DNA of 64,000 nucleotides from Chlamydiia bacterium (GTDB lineage Bacteria; Chlamydiota; Chlamydiia; Chlamydiales; Rhabdochlamydiaceae): NCBI GenBank assembly GCA_963804085.1, contig CAWDOQ010000002.1, positions 160,001 to 224,000 of the forward strand, read 5' to 3'. Shown piece by piece: positions 60,616 to 64,000 of this stretch (position 1 is its first letter; each line of letters starts with the position of its first letter). The notes under the pieces were generated by a model. It saw only the letters and a program-made list of their open reading frames with translations, ran no database searches and was not told where the DNA came from. The position numbers and the translations under genes were made by a program.

Positions 60616-63600
60616 GGTTTTTCTACATCCGTGCTTATCTGCCGCATGAGCTCGACCAGCTCTTCGCGGCTTAAGCCCTTAATCTGATCCTGCTCATCAA
60701 AGCCGATGACCCCTTCCATGAGGGTCATCTTTTTTAGGATGAGCTGGTGGATATGCTCCTCGATCGTCCCCTTTGTCACCATCTTGAAGACTTGCACGCC
60801 ACGCTTCTGACCTATGCGATGGACCCGGTCGGTCGCCTGGTTCTCTTTGGCGGGGTTCCACCAGCGATCGTAATGGATCACGACAGAGGCGGAGACGAGA
60901 TCAACGCCGACGCCTGCTGCTTGGAGCGATGCGACAAACACTTCGCACTGCGGATCATTCTTAAACTTATCTAGCTGCGCCTTTCTGTCCTGCGTGCTGC
61001 CGCGGATGCCTGCAAAACCGATCTTATTTTCTGTTAGATGCGCTTCGATGATGTTGAGCATGTCCAGATATTGCGAAAAGACTACGAGTTTCTGACCGCT
61101 ATCGCGCGTCTCTTGAAGCAGTTCGACAAAGAGATCCCATTTACCCGAGGAGTGCTTCTTGTACTCGCTAGCCTCTTTTGCAAATAGAGAGGGATGGTCG
61201 CAGATCTGTTTGAGCTTGGAAAGAAGAGAGAAGATATGGACGTAGGGAAGGGGCTTCTCTTGTCTATGGAGGTCTCTTTCTAAAGCCTCTTTGTGTTCAA
61301 GGTATGTTTTGCGGTAGAGCTCTCTCTGCTCATCTGAAAGCGGGCAGTAGGCGACCTCTTCGATCTTTTCGGGAAGCTCGAGCAGCACCTCCTGTTTTTT
61401 TCTGCGCAAGATGAAGGGGCGGATGAGGCGCGAAAGCAGATACTTCTTCTCAGGATCCTGACTCTTTTCAATCGGATTTACAAACATCTCTTTGAAGAGA
61501 GCCTCTGTTGGCAAATAGCCGGGAAGAACCACATCGAAGAGGGCTTTGAGTTCTAAAAGTCTGTTTTCAATGGGTGTGCCCGTAAGGCCTAGACGGAAGT
61601 TTGCTTCGAGCGCACGAATCGCTTTGTGCGTTTGAGAGCGGGGATTTTTTGCTATCTGCGTCTCATCGAAGATCGCGACATCAAACTTCAAGTTGCCGAG
61701 CGCCTTCTTTTCACTTCTTAAAATGCCATAAGAGGTAAGAATGAGATCCCCTTCGTTTTCTAACTTGCGTCCCATTCCGTAAAAAACGCTAACGCGGATC
61801 TCAGGCAGAAAGTTCTTTAAGAGCTCCTCCCAGTGAAAGATCACAGAGGTGGGACAGACGACGAGGAATTTTCCTTTCTTGCTCTCTTTGTGCAGATTGT
61901 AAACCGCGCAAAGAAGCGCCATCGCTTGGTGGGTTTTTCCAAGTCCCATCTCATCGCAAAGAAGTCCCGAAAGGCCGTTTGTGTACAAAAACCAGAGCCA
62001 GCGCGCGCCCGTCTCTTGGTAGGGACGCAAGTTGCTGCGAAGACCTGTTAAATCAAGCGGCTCGGGTGTCTGGAAGTTACGCAACTCTTCTAACAGCGAT
62101 CTGCTCTCTTGGGCCTCTCTTGACGGGCCTGCAGGCTCTTTGATCTCTTCAAAGACAGTGAGGCGCAGCCACTCAAGCGTTGTCAGTCTGAGCTCCTTTC
62201 CCTGATTTAACCATCTTCTTTTTGTAAGCGATTTTAGCCAGTTGAAGCGAGGGGGCCTGAAAATAATAAGACCCGCGGGTGTGAAGAGATAGCGCTTATT
62301 TTCGCTCTGTGCACGCCATATTTCATATACCGGGACCTCTCCAAATTCTGTTTCGTATGAGAGAGCAACTTTCCACTGCCCGGTTTTTGCTTTGCGGTCT
62401 CTTTTGAGCTTGCCGATTTTCAAGAAAAGGCTTTTGGGTTTCTTAAGACGCGGATCGATCGAGAGAATAAACGGGGCTAAGATATCTAGTTCATAGGCAA
62501 CAAAAGGGGTCTCGTTTGCAGAGTCGATCACTTTTGCCTGGCTGTACGCTTCGGGCAGCTTATGTTCTTCTGTAATCTCGCAAAACCCCTCATTCTCGAC
62601 AAAAGTGTAGTAGCCGAAAAAGCGCACCTTTTGCGCATCATAATGAGATCTAAAGAAGTAGGTGGGCAGGACTTGAATCTCTCCTTTTTCGTTAAAGCCG
62701 ATGTTGAGGCCGCTCCTCTCTATCGGAGATCTGGAAGCAAAAAAGCCCGGGATCTGTTCTAACTCTCCGCGATGCATCTGGATGAAGCGAGAGATCTCGC
62801 CGCGCGAGATGCGCATCCCCGCACGGAGCAAGGAGCCAGCTCTTCCTGTTACTTTTGCGTAAAAGCCTTTGCCTTTGACGTAGATCCACTCGCCAAAGTC
62901 ATGGATTTCCCCCACCTCTTCGACAAATTCCAGGCGCGTATCAAAAGAGAGTGTCTCGTCGGGAAGAAGCTGGTAGGTGAGGTGGGACTCCACGCTAGAA
63001 AGATGTGTCTCAAACCCTTCAAATTTTTGCAGCCAGTGTCTGTGGCGGCTGACAAAATCGGAGATGAGTGCTTTAGGAACAATCTTTTCGACTCCTTCGA
63101 AGAGGATATTATCCAGCTCATAAAAACCTTTGCCATCGAGGTAGACCCAGGGGCCGAAGTAGGCTGATCTCTGTTTTGAAAGATCTCCGACTTCGAAAAG
63201 GTAGCAGGTGATGTGGAGCGCTTTGTCTCCATTAAAAAAGAGGTGGTAGTGTGCGGGGATTCTTTCACGCTGCACCGTTGTGCCGACCAGATACTTCTGT
63301 ACAATTTTGGGATGCTTACGTAAAAAACTTGCGATACGATTTGTCGGAATGACACGCTCTTTAAAAAGAGGGTCTAGACGCGCGGGATAAAAGCCCTTGC
63401 CTCGCACAAAGAGCCACTCTCCCACTTCGATGCCATGCACCTCTTGATTGTTCTCTTTGTCTTCAGGCGAGGAGGAGAAATCGATTAAAAATACGCGCTG
63501 ATCGGGATCGTAGGTGATCTTCTCGATCATCCGATAGGAGAAGAGAGAGACTTTTAGAGGAGAGTTCACTGTTGTAAGCGTGGGAATGATCTTGGGCCAG

Positions 63601-63998
63601 TTGACCTCTGCGATGTAAAAGCCGCAGACAAAATCTTTAAAAGAGATAGTGATCCACTTGGGCAACCCCTCAGCCTCATCAGAAAAAGCGAGGGTGTACT
63701 CCTTCTCCTCTTCCTGAAGAAGCATCCACCACTTGGCAAAATCGGACCAAAACGAAAGCTCGTAGCGCAGCTGATGGCTCGGCCTTCCCTGCTTCCACAA
63801 AGCGAGCTCCTGCTGAGAGAGGTTGGAAAACTTAAGCGATGTCTCCTCCGTCTCCTCTTTGCGCTTTGTAACAATTGTCTCGAGCCGCTTCTTTCCTTTC
63901 TGCGTCAGTGCTTTGATGTAGAAGAGCTCTTTTCCAGTGGCAGAGATCGCATGGTAGCCCTCGTTCGGCTTAAGGCAAGAGGTCTCATAGCCGTGGCG
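60612..63998 (-). CDS. Second SNF2/SWI2 family helicase (CT555-like), 5' end outside the window
   Basis: [33 protein letters not shown]; the frame stays open from 63800 to the window end. Confidence 0.92.
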   Translation of the reverse strand, partial: RHGYETSCLKPNEGYHAISATGKELFYIKALTQKGKKRLETIVTKRKEETEETSLKFSNLSQQELALWKQGRPSHQLRYELSFWSDFAKWWMLLQEEEKEYTLAFSDEAEGLPKWITISFKDFVCGFYIAEVNWPKIIPTLTTVNSPLKVSLFSYRMIEKITYDPDQRVFLIDFSSSPEDKENNQEVHGIEVGEWLFVRGKGFYPARLDPLFKERVIPTNRIASFLRKHPKIVQKYLVGTTVQRERIPAHYHLFFNGDKALHITCYLFEVGDLSKQRSAYFGPWVYLDGKGFYELDNILFEGVEKIVPKALISDFVSRHRHWLQKFEGFETHLSSVESHLTYQLLPDETLSFDTRLEFVEEVGEIHDFGEWIYVKGKGFYAKVTGRAGSLLRAGMRISRGEISRFIQMHRGELEQIPGFFASRSPIERSGLNIGFNEKGEIQVLPTYFFRSHYDAQKVRFFGYYTFVENEGFCEITEEHKLPEAYSQAKVIDSANETPFVAYELDILAPFILSIDPRLKKPKSLFLKIGKLKRDRKAKTGQWKVALSYETEFGEVPVYEIWRAQSENKRYLFTPAGLIIFRPPRFNWLKSLTKRRWLNQGKELRLTTLEWLRLTVFEEIKEPAGPSREAQESRSLLEELRNFQTPEPLDLTGLRSNLRPYQETGARWLWFLYTNGLSGLLCDEMGLGKTHQAMALLCAVYNLHKESKKGKFLVVCPTSVIFHWEELLKNFLPEIRVSVFYGMGRKLENEGDLILTSYGILRSEKKALGNLKFDVAIFDETQIAKNPRSQTHKAIRALEANFRLGLTGTPIENRLLELKALFDVVLPGYLPTEALFKEMFVNPIEKSQDPEKKYLLSRLIRPFILRRKKQEVLLELPEKIEEVAYCPLSDEQRELYRKTYLEHKEALERDLHRQEKPLPYVHIFSLLSKLKQICDHPSLFAKEASEYKKHSSGKWDLFVELLQETRDSGQKLVVFSQYLDMLNIIEAHLTENKIGFAGIRGSTQDRKAQLDKFKNDPQCEVFVASLQAAGVGVDLVSASVVIHYDRWWNPAKENQATDRVHRIGQKRGVQVFKMVTKGTIEEHIHQLILKKMTLMEGVIGFDEQDQIKGLSREELVELMRQISTDVEKP

Positions 63999-64000
63999 GT

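Overview
This window looks like chromosomal DNA of an environmental member of the Chlamydiota. The evidence is chlamydial synteny: kdsA-lptC-like-lptB, pckG-mreB-SNF2-tRNA-Gly-tig-clpP-clpX, and the scc4-cdsD-E-F-G-CT668-cdsN-O-P-Q-pkn5-cdsC type III secretion (T3SS) operon. Five things stand out. (1) An eight-gene operon transcribed divergently from the T3SS cluster encodes two paralogous small helical proteins and six helical proteins resembling an EspA/EspD/EspB-type filament and translocon. (2) T3SS structural parts are duplicated: there is a compact second CdsC-type secretin and a short second CdsP ruler/switch protein. (3) Inserted DNA repeatedly sits just after the stop codon of a core gene and is followed by a displaced alternative copy of that gene's last codons with its own stop (pckG, tig, cdsG several times, weakly pkn5/yidD/lptB); one site has a CT668'-'cdsG fusion whose substitutions are almost all synonymous. 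(4) Orphan effector-like genes include one with a PMT-C2/RRSP (TIKI-fold) protease signature. (5) Several families of nested palindromic intergenic elements occur. Single-base frameshifts in several genes (cdsD, pckG and others) are most simply explained as homopolymer sequencing or assembly errors. All calls are by eye from motifs and synteny; no database search was run.
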